DNA from: Leucoraja erinacea
Taxonomy: Eukaryota
Reading direction: 5' to 3'
Assembly: GCF_028641065.1 (NCBI RefSeq)
Contig: NC_073386.1
Location: 27,528,001 to 27,592,000 of the forward strand
DNA length: 64,000 nucleotides
Shown here: positions 24,501 through 38,500 of the stretch, in pieces
Position numbering within the stretch: the stretch's first letter is position 1
How the letters are laid out: the number at the start of each line of letters is the position of its first letter
Notes under the pieces: model-generated
The model's database searches: none
Told to the model about the DNA's origin: nothing
Seen by the model: only the letters and a program-made list of their open reading frames with translations
Made by a program: the position numbers and the translations under genes

Positions 24501-27500
24501 AATCTGCAGATTCTATAAAGGACAGCTGGTTTGTAATGGAGAAATTTGAAAATCTACCCATTATTTTTTAGATGCACCTTTGGAGCCTCTTCCATGTACA
24601 CCATTTTGAATATGGCAATAAAGATCCTAGCTGACTGTCTTAATCATGGTGCACAACAAGTAACCCCCAAACAATGCAGTAGGTTGGTGACTTCTACTTA
24701 TGTTTATCCCACTACATATGATAGGGTGGATGGAGAACAGAAATAATTCCTTTAACTTTTGTTGGTATATGTCTTGTTAAAATACAACGGTACCTGCCAA
24801 CAATCATCAACTCTTGTTCAGTAGCATTTCTGCGAACCCGGTGCCAGATATCCAAGGTGAAGAGTGTGCTGCTGCTGTTAAATATTGAGGTGAGTGAACT
24901 CATTAGAGCAGCCATCATTACTGCTATCATAAGGCCCCTCAACCCTGGTTCAAAATAAACATAGAAAATACGAGCAGTTATATAAAGGTCTCAGCAGGTG
25001 AAGGATGATGGAAAAGGAAACAATATCCACAGTTTCTGTAATTTCCCTATAATTTAAATTGATACCATTGACAATTGTTCGAGTAACATCAAATGTAAAG
25101 GATCAAATCACATGTCTAATTATATGGAGGAATTTATTTGTTGGAGTTAAATATAAGAAATCCATCTATCTCTGACTTGATAGACACAAAATGCTGGAGA
25201 CTCTGGAGAAGAAGGAATGGGTAATGTTTCGGGTCGAGACCTTTCTTCAGAATAGAGTCAGGGTTAGGGGTGGCTAGGTGACATTACAGGTTGGGACCTT
25301 TCTCCAGATATGCTGCCTGGCCTGCTGAGTTACTTGAACATGTTGTGTCTCTTTGGTAAATCAGTTTCTGCAGTTCCTTGTTACTATATTTTGAATGGAG
25401 ACAAGGCAGCTCCTCATTTGCCACTTGGGTTTGCAGTGAATTACATCTATGACAACTTTAGTGGTTTGCCTGGCTGATCCATGTTGGAAAATTGGCACTT
25501 AGGCAAATAACTGGCGGGTAAAATAAATTAGTGAAGAGCTGGGCTAATAATGCCTGCTGACAACAATCAGGTAGATAGACCCAGAGAGGATGACAAAAAA
25601 CTTAGCAGTGGGCAAAGATTAGATGCACTGTTCATAAAATTGCAAACTAAAACCAATAGATAATAATAAATACAGTCTCACCTACAGGCATAAGTTCCAC
25701 TACCAGTTTGGGGTATGCAATGTTTGAACATCCTACTCTTGCTCCACAGACAGCCTCACAAACATCTGGATCCACACAGCCCACCTCATCTGGAAATGTT
25801 CAAAGTAAATTAATAACAAAGAAAATAACTTCAAGAATTCAGGTGAAAACATTCTATACATCTGTTGGGGCTGGCGTGTTAAATGGCATGGTTATCCGGC
25901 ATCTGATATTTTCACAGAACTTGCTGTACTTGATTTTTTTGTTTTGCCATCGTAGAACTAATGAAGGCATTGTTATTCATTATGCCATGTTTTTTTATTC
26001 ATAAGGTTTAATGTACTGAGATACAGTGAAAAGCTTTGTTTTGCATGTTATCTAAATACCTCAGATATTCCATACGTAGATAGAATCAGTTCAAACTAAA
26101 GAACAATAGAGAGAAACATAGAAAATAGGTGCAGGAGTAGGCCATTCGGCCCTTTGAGCCAGCACTGCTGGCCACCACAGCCATTCAATATGATCATGGC
26201 TGATCATCCTAAATCAGTACCCAGTTCCTGCTTTCTCCCCGTATCGCTTGATTTTGATGGGCCTATATCTAACAGCTAAGAACTAGGTCGAAGGGGAAGA
26301 TACTATATTTTGCACTCTGTTCATTAGACAGTCCAATTCCTCATGTGGTAGAGGTGAATTGAATAGTACCTAGCTTATGGAAGGACCATTCAGATGCCTG
26401 ATAACAGAGGGGAAGAAAATAATGTACTGACTGTATAGTTAGCACGTAATTAATGTATTAAATAAATATTTAACTAATCTTCCATTGTCAAATTATCAAA
26501 GCAAGGCTTACAGACCATTTGCATAATGGGCTTGTACCAAGACCTCATGAATACAAGTTGTACACACCTGGGTACAGTGCTCTACTGATCATGCCTGGCC
26601 AGACAATGAAGAACATGGGTAACATCTTCAGATAACCTCCCAAAACCGATCCTCCCTTGGCATGAGAAAGACTTTTTGCTGAAAGGGACCTCTGTACGAT
26701 TACCTAATTAAAATAAATAACTATATAAATTAAATATCAATGCATCTTAAGTCATTAGGATCTGTTAACCATATAACAATTACAGCACGGAAACAGGCCA
26801 TCTCGACCCTTCTAGTCCGTGCCGAACACATATTCTCCCCTAGTCCCATATACCTGCGCTCAGACCATAACCTTCCATTCCCTTACCGTCCATATAACTA
26901 TCCAATTTATTTTTAAATGATAAAAACGAACCTGCCTCCACCACCTTCACTGAAAGCTCATTCCACACAGCCACCACTCTCTGAGTAAAGAAGTTCCCCC
27001 TCATGTTACCCCTAAACTTCAGTCCCTTAATTCTCAAGTCATGTCCCCTTGTTTGAATCTTCCCTACTCTCAGTGGAAAAAGCTTTTCCACGTCAACTCT
27101 GTCTATCCCTCTCATCATTTTAAAAACCTCTATCAAGTCCCCCCTTAACCTTCTGCGCTCCAAAGAATAAAGCCCTAACTTGTTCAACCTTTCTCTGTAA
27201 CTTAGTTGCTGAAACCCGGGCAACATTCTAGTAAATCTCCTCTGTACTCTCTCTATTTTGTTGACATCCTTCCTATAATTAGGCGACCAAAATTGTACAC
27301 CATACTCCAGAATTGGCCTCACCAATGCCTTGTACAATTTTAACATTACATCACAACTTCTATACTCAATGCTCTGATTTATAAAGGCCAGCACACCAAA
27401 AGCTTTCTTTACCACCCTTTCTACATGAGATTCCACTTTCAGGGAACTGTGCACAGTTATTCCCAGATCCCTCTGTTCACCTACATTCTTCAATTCCCTA

Positions 27501-30500
27501 CCATTTACCATGTACGTCCTATTTTGATTTGTCCTGCCAAGATGTAGCACCTCACACTTATCAGCATTAAACTCCATCTGCCATCTTTCAGCCCACTCTT
27601 CCAACTGGCATAAATCTCTCTGTAGACTTTGAAACTACTTTATTACCCGCAACCCCACCTATCTTAGTATCATCTGCATACTTACTAATCCAATTTACCA
27701 CACCATCATCCAGATCATTGATGTACATGACAAACAACAGTGGACCCAACACAGATCCCTGTGGCACCCCACTCGTCACTGGCCTCCAACTTAACAAACA
27801 ACCATCCACCATTACTCTCTGGCATCTCCCATTCAGCCACTGTTGAATCCATCTTGCTACTCCACCATTAATACCCAACCATTGTTATCAACAAACAATC
27901 AGCATTTCTACAGTGAGGTGATTTCTAGCGACATTCATCTGATTCTTGTTTAGATATTGGTTTGACAAACATAAGCTGAGATAGCCAGGTAAAAAGTTTA
28001 TGGTGTTAGGGTAAATGTTAGTAAGTCTTAGGACATGTACATAAGATTCTGCTCTTAGATCCAGTGTTATGTTAGACTGGGTGTAGGCTTTTCTTTGAAT
28101 GGAGACTGAAGGGCTGCAAGGCGGAAAGGAGAATAACGTATTGTGTTTTTGTTTGTCATTTGTATATTTTTTAATTCATTATTTAAAACTGCTTTAAAGC
28201 TTTTTAGTTGATTTCATGTCAAAACCATTGAAATAGACCAACAGGTTTGACAGATAATAAATCCAGCAGAGGCGTCTGACAAATTGTCAATGACTTCCAA
28301 AGGAGGTTCATCTGCAGGTCTTGCACTTTCTCACTCTATCGTGATTTCTGAGGCCTTTCCACCATTCAAGAGCTCAGTACTTGGCTCTTGGCCTGAAATC
28401 AATCTTCCAGAACCAGAGTTTGGGGAATGGGGAATGTACCGCAAATGGTGAGGTAGGACATTAAATCTACATTAACTAACAGCTTGAAAGCGTTTATTTT
28501 GTAATGGTTTGCTATAACTACCTTTAGGACACCGATATGTTGACTTCCACATTATATCATAGATTCTAATAATACATGCTCTGAATAAATCAGTTTGAAA
28601 TGACTCTGCTGTTCCAGGCATTAATCCAATTAATGTAAATAGCTTAGCATTTCCACTCTCAGCTAATAAAAAGAAAAAAGTCAGAGGCACCAATAATCAT
28701 TTCACATCAGCATCCTGTAGCTTAACTTCAGGGTCAGTAGGCCTGTAATTACTGTTGGCAATAATATTGGGCACATACTTAACATTTTTAATACATACTT
28801 GTTGTGATAAAAGAGAAATCTGGTACACATTAATTCACCATTTATCTGCTATTATTACTAATATTTGTTGCTAGCCTAATATCTAGGCACATACAAGTCC
28901 AAATTACTATTAATAACAACATTGATTCAACACAATGCAGAACCTGATTTGTTTAGAACATGTCTCTTTTGGATAAACAACACTTCAGTCTTAAAATAAG
29001 CCTTAGGGTCAGAGAGGTATGAGAACTCATTGGTCTGTAATATTATTAATGGACACTTTAAATACGTGTCCATAAAAAGGGGAAATAAAAATCTGGTTAA
29101 AATGTGAAATGGGAACAAAATTGCATAATTAACGACTATAATGATAGTTAGATATCCAACCAAATGGATGTTCAATCATTTTAATTGTTGTTACATGTCC
29201 CATGTTGATGTCCTTAGGCCATTGAGATTTACCTGATCAGTACACCAACACCATGTGGCAAGCACAGTGAGTCCAAATATGAGTCCAGGCCAAGGTATAT
29301 CACCACTGACTGGATCTCGAAACACGTGGAAAGCATCAGCACGCGGAATGTGACATGAAGTGTTTGCCACAGTGATGTTGGGAATTGCTTGGAAGTACTT
29401 CTCTTCCAACCCTGAATACCAACCAACTTTGTTTAAACCTGAAATCAAAATGTGTAGATTTTACTTCCATATGTCAAGTAAACTTTTATAATTAGTTAAT
29501 TTGTAAATTCCACAGGACAGTCACAACAAAGAGTATTGCTTCATAATACCTGGAATGTTTATTGCATTATGTACTATTTTGATAAATTCAATGAAAGGTT
29601 CCTATCCTTGTCTTAATTTCCCCCCCCCCCCCTCCCCTTAAACCATTTCAAAACTATGAGTTTACAGAGTTTAAGAATGTAGAAGGCTACAGTATGGATT
29701 CTTTAACAGCTAGGAATAGCCTACACCAGGGAACCTCCTAATATTGGTATGTCAGTTACCTGGTCACTGTCTCAGATGCAAAGGGCTGCATTAAGTGTGC
29801 TAGATGTTGGCTCATTTAGCTGATGGAACTCTCAACTGAGTCAGCAGTTTGTGGGGTCAGACATCTAATGAAACAGCCATTATCAAACCCTTATCCATCT
29901 GGTGCATTCAACTGCTGGAGAGGAGGCAGTATTTCGCAAGCCCAAACCGCCCTGCTTTCCAGCTTATTGCAATTGTTCATCGGATAAAGAACTGTCATAG
30001 CCAAAAAGGGGGCAGTGCCAAATTACCTTGAAGTAGAATTTACCCTTTTCATTAAGAGTGAGAGATCTGATTTCTCCTGTGGTCCTTTTTTTTCAAAATC
30101 TTCCAAATGGAAGATTTTTTAAGTCTTTTTAGTCAAAGCAAAATATAAACTGCCAGTTCTTTTTCCATGGATGCCCTTTCAGCTAACTGCAGCACATTCA
30201 GTGTTAGCAGCAATGGACTGGTCGGTAAAATAGATGCTACTGGCAGCCTACCTGCATAACAAATGAGCCTCACGGCTAGAAGGAATTGGGTTTATAATGT
30301 AACAACTGTTGCAATTGGAATCAGCAAGCCCTGCACTCCTCCACTCCCCACCATGATCCTCTCCTGGTCATTGGGTATTTCAAAACTCCACTCTGTTAAG
30401 CCCCTGTTCCACTGTATGAGGTAATTCAAGAGTTCTCCCGAGTTTTCCTGATTTGAACTCGGAGAATGTCCGTAGTGGGTCCGTAGGAGTTCGTGGATGT

Positions 30501-33500
30501 CTCGTACCGGCTTGTACAAGTAACAAGTAACAATGTTTTTCATCACAAGTATTTTTTTACAGGGATGAAAAAACGTCACAAGTTTACCGTATGTCCCGAG
30601 TACCTACCGTTAGCATTACGAGCTGCCACGAGACATCCATGAACTTCTACGTACCCGCTACGAACATTCTCCGAGTTTGAATCAGGGGAAAACTCGGGAG
30701 AACTCATGAATTACCTCGTGCAGTGGTTCACGGGCTTTACCTGAGCAATATCACTAACACGTTAATGGATTAAGAAGCCATTAAGGTATTTATTCTAGAA
30801 ACATATTTCAAGGGGACTTAATTCAAGGGTCTGTTGCTAACTTAATGAAAGAAGTATCTTTAATCATTAATGATAATTTCAGTGACAATGAATGATCTGC
30901 AGATACCTTTAGGCTAGTTAGATGATATATATTAACTGGTGAATTAATAATTAAATAACATTATATTAATAACCATTCCATTTAAATATTTACTAGAGAA
31001 TATCTAACTGTGCACAGTAAGTCGAGAGCCATTTTCTCTCTCCTATCTATCGATGTAATTTTCATATTGCTGCTTTTCCTTCTCTGTTTCAACTTCTTGT
31101 TCCAATCTCTGATCATTCTAATCATTCATGTTTAAGAACTGCAGATGCTGGAAAAATCGAAGGTAGACAAAAATGTTGGAGAAACTCAGCGGGCGAGGCA
31201 GCATCTATTGAGAGAAAGAATAGACTATGTTTCGGGTAGAGACCAGTTCTAACTTTTCAGATGACCCAGAGATGAATAGTGATGAAATAGGAAACATTTC
31301 TGGGTAATTGCAAGGAATGTTGGGTGTAATATGGTGGAGTAGGATCTGCCAGAAAATAATGGGTCCATTCTGGGTAATGTGCGAAAAAGATCCAGGTGTC
31401 AGTATGCAGTTATTGCGAATCATAGAATGGATTTGGTCAGAGGTAGAAGGTGAAACAAGAGAAAAGATCAGATTATGAAGGAATGGGTGTTTAGAGTTAG
31501 TAATTAGGAGGTAACAAAGATGGAGCACTGGGATAGACATGGGAGTATAATTTGAATGTTTTGGGACAGTGCCCTAGACAACTTTTGACAAGATATAGAC
31601 TTTAATCCTGTAATATTTGTACAAGTCAGACAAAGGTTGACTGCTGAAGCCACATAACAACTTTATGGTAGAGATCACTTTTTACTGTTGGAGTTTGAAT
31701 GAGGCAGGTGGTGGAAGATATGATGGCATGGAGAAACAATGCCATGGGGTAAGGTACCCCCACCAATAAATCATGTTGCAATCAAATTGTCCATATAATT
31801 ATCATCTTTTCAAGTGCAATTAATGATTCTGAGGGGGAATGAGTGGAGGGCAATGATTGTTGATCGGCTGGCCACATTGTTGATGGACAGTGTGAGTGGG
31901 GTGATAATGAAATTGGTGGGAATCAACATTCCCGGGTATATTGGCAGAAGGATTAGCACACAAAATGGTGGGGCAATCAGGAATACTATTGTTAGGGAAG
32001 GTAGGTTTCCTTTGTAGATTGCAATGTTTGTTAAATGAGGCAGAAGAAGTGACAGGGGGCTGATGTACTTGAGTCAACATTATATATTAGAAAGTGTAAT
32101 AATAAAAATAAGAACATAAAGATCGAAGATAAATTAAATCACGTGACATTAACATGAATACTAGATTAGGTTTGCAATATAATACGGGAAAATATAGTGA
32201 TTCAAAGCAATATAACTGCATTTTATGATTTATCCATTTGAACATTGTTTGAAGCTACTGAGGCTGTTTATATTAAAAGCTTATTAATGTTCAGCCTAAA
32301 GCCTTCATATTACAACTAACAAATAAATAGTAAATGTACAGGCTTTAAAGTCACTAACCTGAACCCACTTCTCCATATGGACTCATTCAATTCCATCATA
32401 CTTTATAATTTTTATATTCGTTCATACCAAAGAACTCACCAATGAACATAAGGATGAGTGCTCCTACCACCATAATTACAGTCTGAAGGGCATCTGTATA
32501 AATCACAGCGGTCAAACCACCTGCCAGTGGGAAGGTAAAAATACCCATTTACTGATTTTTCAAACACATAATCCCAGATTGTAAGTAATAAATCTGATAT
32601 AAATGCAATCATGTGATTCCCTGACAAATTTAAATGAAGATAAATCTTTCTGAGCACACATTACGAGTCTGTGTGCCACATACATTCGTTTTAAACTTCT
32701 TTTAAGTTCATTTTTGTCTAGAAATTGTTCAAAGATTATTTTAAATGGTGCCAAGCATGATCCACAAAGTCATACAGAAAGGAAGCAGGCCGTCCAGATT
32801 CTTCTCCAACCATTTATTTGCATCATTCTTATACAAACCCTATGGCCATTGCCAATACTGTTGCTGAACATAACTAGATCTCCATTCTGCTCTGTTAAAT
32901 GTTTTAGTCATTCATAAGAGGTTAATGTTCATGGCGAGGCCTGTGTTTATTGGCTGTTTCTAATAACCCTTGAAAATGTGCTCATACAAGGTAGATTGCA
33001 CTATGGCTTTGACCCAATGATAATGAAAGACTAACAATAAATTTCCGTGTTAGGAAGGTATGTGACTTGTGGAAATTTGAGTTGGTGGTTTTCTCAAATA
33101 TTTTTTATGTCTTTATCTTTTTATGTTATAGTGGGTTTGATAAGTAGTAGAAGATAAGCTATATGCCACTGCAGGGCATTTTACACATTGTGGAGATTGC
33201 AGTCAAGGTTACTGGTAGCTAAACAGTAAATACATGTGATAGAGGACATGACTTCAGAATTAAGGGACAGAAGTTTAGGGGTAATATGAGGGGGAACTTC
33301 TTTACTCAGAGAGTGGTAGCGGTGTGGAATGAGCTTCCAGTGGAAGTGGCGGAGGCAGGTTCATTGGTGTCATTTAAAAATAAATTGGATAGGCATATGG
33401 GTGAGAAGGGAATGGAGGGTTATGGTATGAGTGCAGGCAGGTGGGACTAAGGGGAAAAAAAGTTGTTTGGCACGGACTTGTAGGGCCGAGATGGCCTGTT

Positions 33501-35528
33501 TCCGTGCTGTAATTGTTATATGGTTTGTTATATGGTTATAATGGTTATCATATTATTTTTTCTATGCATTTCTCAAATTGCTTGTTAGAGAATGGTCTGA
33601 GTGACTCATCTATTTATTTTTTTGCCTAGGTTTTCCCCTGATTCTAATGATGTCTATAATCCTGAAATCATCACGTGAGGAGAGCAAAGAATCAAATGCA
33701 AGTCCATCTCTGCATCACTGCATAGCCATGGTAATATATTGATCAAAACAATACCGCAATGCTGAACATAGTTGCAAAGATGGCAATATAGGAATGAAAT
33801 TCTACTTGCATTTAGAATCTCATTAGAATGTCTAATTTAGTTTGTGAACCAATTTAAATTAAAAATACTCTGAGAATGAAACACAAATTTCAATGGAGTA
33901 TCATTAAACACATGGCAATTCTAATGAATACAAGAAACTAACTCAATATGTTAGCAGACTACTAACAGTTTTATTTATTTCCCTCTCTTTATATAGGCAA
34001 TGATAATACCAATGTCCAAGTGAATGTCTCAATTTGTACAATAGTTTGGTGTCCAAATTGTGTAGGTTCAACTTAGTATTAAGTGGATCACAATTCAGAA
34101 AATGCTACAGCAAATCATCAGCACCAGTTGCAGCCCACTAGATTTCCTTTTTTATTCCACTGAGTTCCAACAAGAACACAAAGTGCTGGAGTAACTCAGG
34201 CGAGTCAGGTGCAGCATCTCTGAAGTCATGGATTGCTGAAGATTCAGGTGGAAATGTCACCTAATTATTCTTCAGACTGGATAGTTGAATTCAACTATCA
34301 CATGCAGGCTTTGTCCTGCTCCCACCTCATTTCCAACTTCCTCTCCTCTGAAGAAGGGTCTTGATCTAAAACATCGTCTAACCGTGTTCCCCAGAGATAC
34401 TGCCTGACTCGCTGAGTTACTCCAGCATTTTGTGTTCTATGCAAAATTCCAGCATCTGCAGTTTTGTGTCTTGAGTCTTGTGAACATCCCTTGTCTTTAT
34501 TTATTCTGATTCACATATTTTTCTTCTATTTGATTTTCGTGTCTTTTTTTAAATTTCAAATTACTTTCAAAATTAGCCTTGATTTTCCATGATTTTGCAG
34601 TGGGTACCAGAAATCTGAAATAGAAACATTCTGTTTAGCAGGTCAGGTAATATTTGTGGGGAGAAAAGTGCTGATGTTTCAAATCAAATCCCATCCTCCC
34701 TTCAAAAATGTTGCCTCATTTATTGAGCATTAACAGATTATTCTTCTTTTTAATGTTATTTAAAGTTCTCTTTCTGTTTGACTTCTTTAAACTGTTCAAA
34801 ATTTAAACATCCTATTTATAGTCACCCCTAATCAAAGTTAGAATGTTATACACGAGTAATTATTGCACTATTCCCTTTGGGTTTACAAATCCATTTAAAA
34901 CTTCAATCATATGTATCTATCTTTCTTCTATCTATTATACTAAAACTCTCATCTTGTTTGTTTCAATATGTGTATGTGTGCGCGTGCATGCCTGTCTGTG
35001 ATCTCTGATTCGGTGATGTCGTCAAATTACGCCAAAACGGTACACGATAGCGCTACATTTTTTGGACCACCTTACTCACAATTGTCGTGGTGGTTTGTAT
35101 CGTTTCGTTCAGATTGATGTTATATTTCACAAGTTATTCACATTTTTAAATTTACAAAACCCCAATTTGAGAAAACAAATCTTCCCTCTGCACTGGAACT
35201 TACAGCTATGACGTCACAATGGGATTGTAGTCCTGCTCACTACAATGTTGCTATCCCAGGACACTTAGCCCTGCCAGCCCTAGCAAGTGCAATTGAAAGC
35301 TATAATGTCAGCAAGGATTTAAAAAAAAGTTTAATGAGGGTGAATAAGGGGAAATGAGCCGCCCCTGCGCAGTTGGGGGCTATAGGTGATTGCTGGAATG
35401 TTGTGTTGCACACCAGGCCTCTCGTGTGATAGGCCTCTTGGTCTCGTATACGTTCTCGTACCCACGGGAGGGCTGGTCCCCCAACGCAATATTCCACCTC
35501 TCCACTAATTCCAATATTGGTGGCCAGT

Positions 35529-35568
<40 letters not shown>

Positions 35569-38500
35569 GCGCTGGTATGGGTGTTATGGGCTGAGGGGAC
35601 TGGTTTCCAGAGGACTAGTATGGACATTGTGGGCCGAATAGATTCTTGGGCTGGCGGCTCAGTCACTAAAGCCTGTTTTGCTGGCAGCTCACTCACTCAT
35701 GTCTGGTGGGCTGGCAAGTGACTCACGGCTATTCCTTGAAATTCCATTTCAAGCAGAATGCAAGGCCACCAAATTCAAGTGCAATTTCATACCATTTCAA
35801 GCAGGGGGCAAGGCCACTAAAGACAGCGAGTCATGATCTCTCCCACACTTCTGGGTTTTATAGTCCCTCCCACCAGAAGGGACATGGCGTGATTGACAGG
35901 AGAGATTGAGAAAAATCCTCGGCAACTGATGAGCGGAGGGGGACTCTGAGTAAGATGGCCAAAAATCATAGCCGTACGTGGTAGCGTTTTTTCTAAAATC
36001 AATATAAAGCGCAAACTGGAAGTGGTGAAGATTAGACTTTTAATTATATAGAAGGCAACTTTAATTAGGCAAGACAACTTTAGCATTTCCAAACCAAAGG
36101 CAACGTAGCTTTAGCATTTCCAAACAAAAAGCAACGCAGCTTTAGCATTTCCAAAACCAAAGGCAACACAGCTTTAGCATTTCCAAACCAAAGGCAACAC
36201 AGCTTTAGCATTTCCAAACTATATTTTCAAGCCACATTAAGGGCACTGACAGGTCAGTAAAACCACTCACAGTTTAGTAGACATGTGTTCAGTGTTATTC
36301 ACAGCTCAAACTGAGAGACGTGACCCTCTTGCTCCCCCAACTTGAAGAGACTGACTGAGGCACTAACGCTTCCGGGTTTTATAGTCCCTCTGGAAGGGGC
36401 GTGGCCTTCAGGAGAGAGAATTTCAACATTTTTTAAACACTAATAATTCTTTTATTTTTCATCAATGGGAAAAATCCTCTTGTCCTGTGCAGTGGAGGGG
36501 GACTGTGAGTAAGATGGCCAAAAATCACAGCCGTAAGTGGCAGCATTTTTTCTAAAATCAATATGCAGAACAACAGGAAGTGGTCAAGACTTTTAGTAAT
36601 ATAGATAGTGACAGTTTTTACAATGTCTCAGTGTTCANNNNNNNNNNNNNNNNNNNNNNNNNNNNNNNNNNNNNNNNNNNNNNNNNNNNNNNNNNNNNNN
36701 NNNNNNNNNNNNNNNNNNNNNNNNNNNNNNNNNNNNNNNNNNNNNNNNNNNNNNNNNNNNNNNNNNNNNNNNNNNNNACTACGGCAAAACGGTACACGAT
36801 AGCGCTACAATTTTTGGACCGCCTTACCCACAATTGTCATCTGGTGGTTTGTATCGTTTCGTTCTGATTGATGTTATAAAAAAAATTAAACAGCGCCCCA
36901 ACTAGCCCTTAGCAGCGTATGACATCACGATGGCATCTAATTTACATAAACTGCCCGTTCATTTACAAAATCAAATTAAAAATTTTCATTGTGGCAGGGT
37001 TGGGATGGGTGGGAGGTGAGCGCCGACGCGTCACAATGGGATCACGTTTACATTTAAAAAACTTGCTATCCCCGATAAAAGCACGCTGGACACAGAGACG
37101 GACACAGACAGGGCCCGGAGCCGCACTCGTCCAACCCCCTCCCGCGGCTCAAGACGGCAGCCTCAAAAACTCACTGACTGACTTTCACTTATTTTTCAAT
37201 GCCATGCGTGCGGAGCCGCAGGAGGGAGGGGGAGGACCGACCCGACCCAACTCGACTCGCAGTGTAATCAACGTTGCGGGAGAACAGTTTGTGTTAATAA
37301 ATTATAATTCTGAAAATGAGGAGAAGATTTATACCAAATAACTTTTATTTTTACGAGGATGTTTCCGTAACCGGCTTCCGCCTCCGCACTAGTATCTTTG
37401 CTCCGCTATGGGATCTTTGGTGCGGTGACGGAAGCCGGTTATGGAAATGAGGCCGAAAATTACCCATGAATCTGCCCATGACCGTACTACGTCATTTTCG
37501 TTGAGTGATCTATCTTCCTTGCTATAGGATCTTTGGACGGCAGCGCCGGATTTAGATGAAGAGGGAGATGAGGGAAAATGAGCCGCGTTTGCACACTTAG
37601 GGGCTAAGGGCGAGTGGTGGAATATTGCATTGGGGGAATGGGTTTCATTGGGGGAACGGGTGCGTGGTGAAATAATGCATTGGGGAATGGGTTGCATTAG
37701 GGGACCAGGCCTCCCGTGTGATTGGGACCCAACGGGTCCCACTTAGTCTAGTATATTACTAAAACTCTCATCTTGTCTGAGTGCATGCATGTCTGTGATG
37801 TCCTGAATTATGCCAAAATGGTACACAATAGCACTACAATTTTGGACCACCTTACTCACAATAGTCTTGTGTTGTATTCTATCAAAGTTTCATTCAGATT
37901 GATGTTATATTTTACAATTTATCACATTTTTAAGTTTACAAATCCCCACTTTGAGAAATAATTTTTCAAAATCTGCACTGGCAGTTGCCACCTATGACAT
38001 CACGTTTAAGAAGGAACTGCAGATGCTGGAAAAATCGAAGGTAGACAAAAATGCTGGAGAAACTCAATGGGTGAGGCAGCATCTATGGAGCGGAATAGGT
38101 GACGTTTCGGGTCAAGACCTTTCTTCAGACTGACGTGGGGGTGGGGGGGGGGGGGGGGGGGGGGGAGCTGGAAGAAGAAAGGAGAGGCGGAGTATGGAGG
38201 AGGCACTGCTAGCTCTTGGTATGGAGGAGGCACTGCTAACTCTATCCCCTGCTCCCAATTCCTCTGTCTACGCCGCATCTGAACCTAGGATGAGATGTTC
38301 TAAACCAGGGCATCGGAGATGTCCTCATTCTTTAGGGAATGGGGGTTCCCCTCTTCGATTATAGACGTGGCTCTCACCAGGGTCTCTTCTATACCCCGTA
38401 ACTCTGTTCTCACTCCCCATCCCCCCACATAACAAGGGCAGAGTCCTCCTTGTCCTCACCTTCCATCCTACCAGCCGTCACATACAACAGATGATCCTCT

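Noticed and set aside
26164-26179. 16-nt match (actgctggccaccaca) to the palindrome arm 15885-15900, appearing as an insert in a CR1 end
   Set aside because: About one 16-mer match is expected by chance in a 64-kb window, so templated insertion is not supported.
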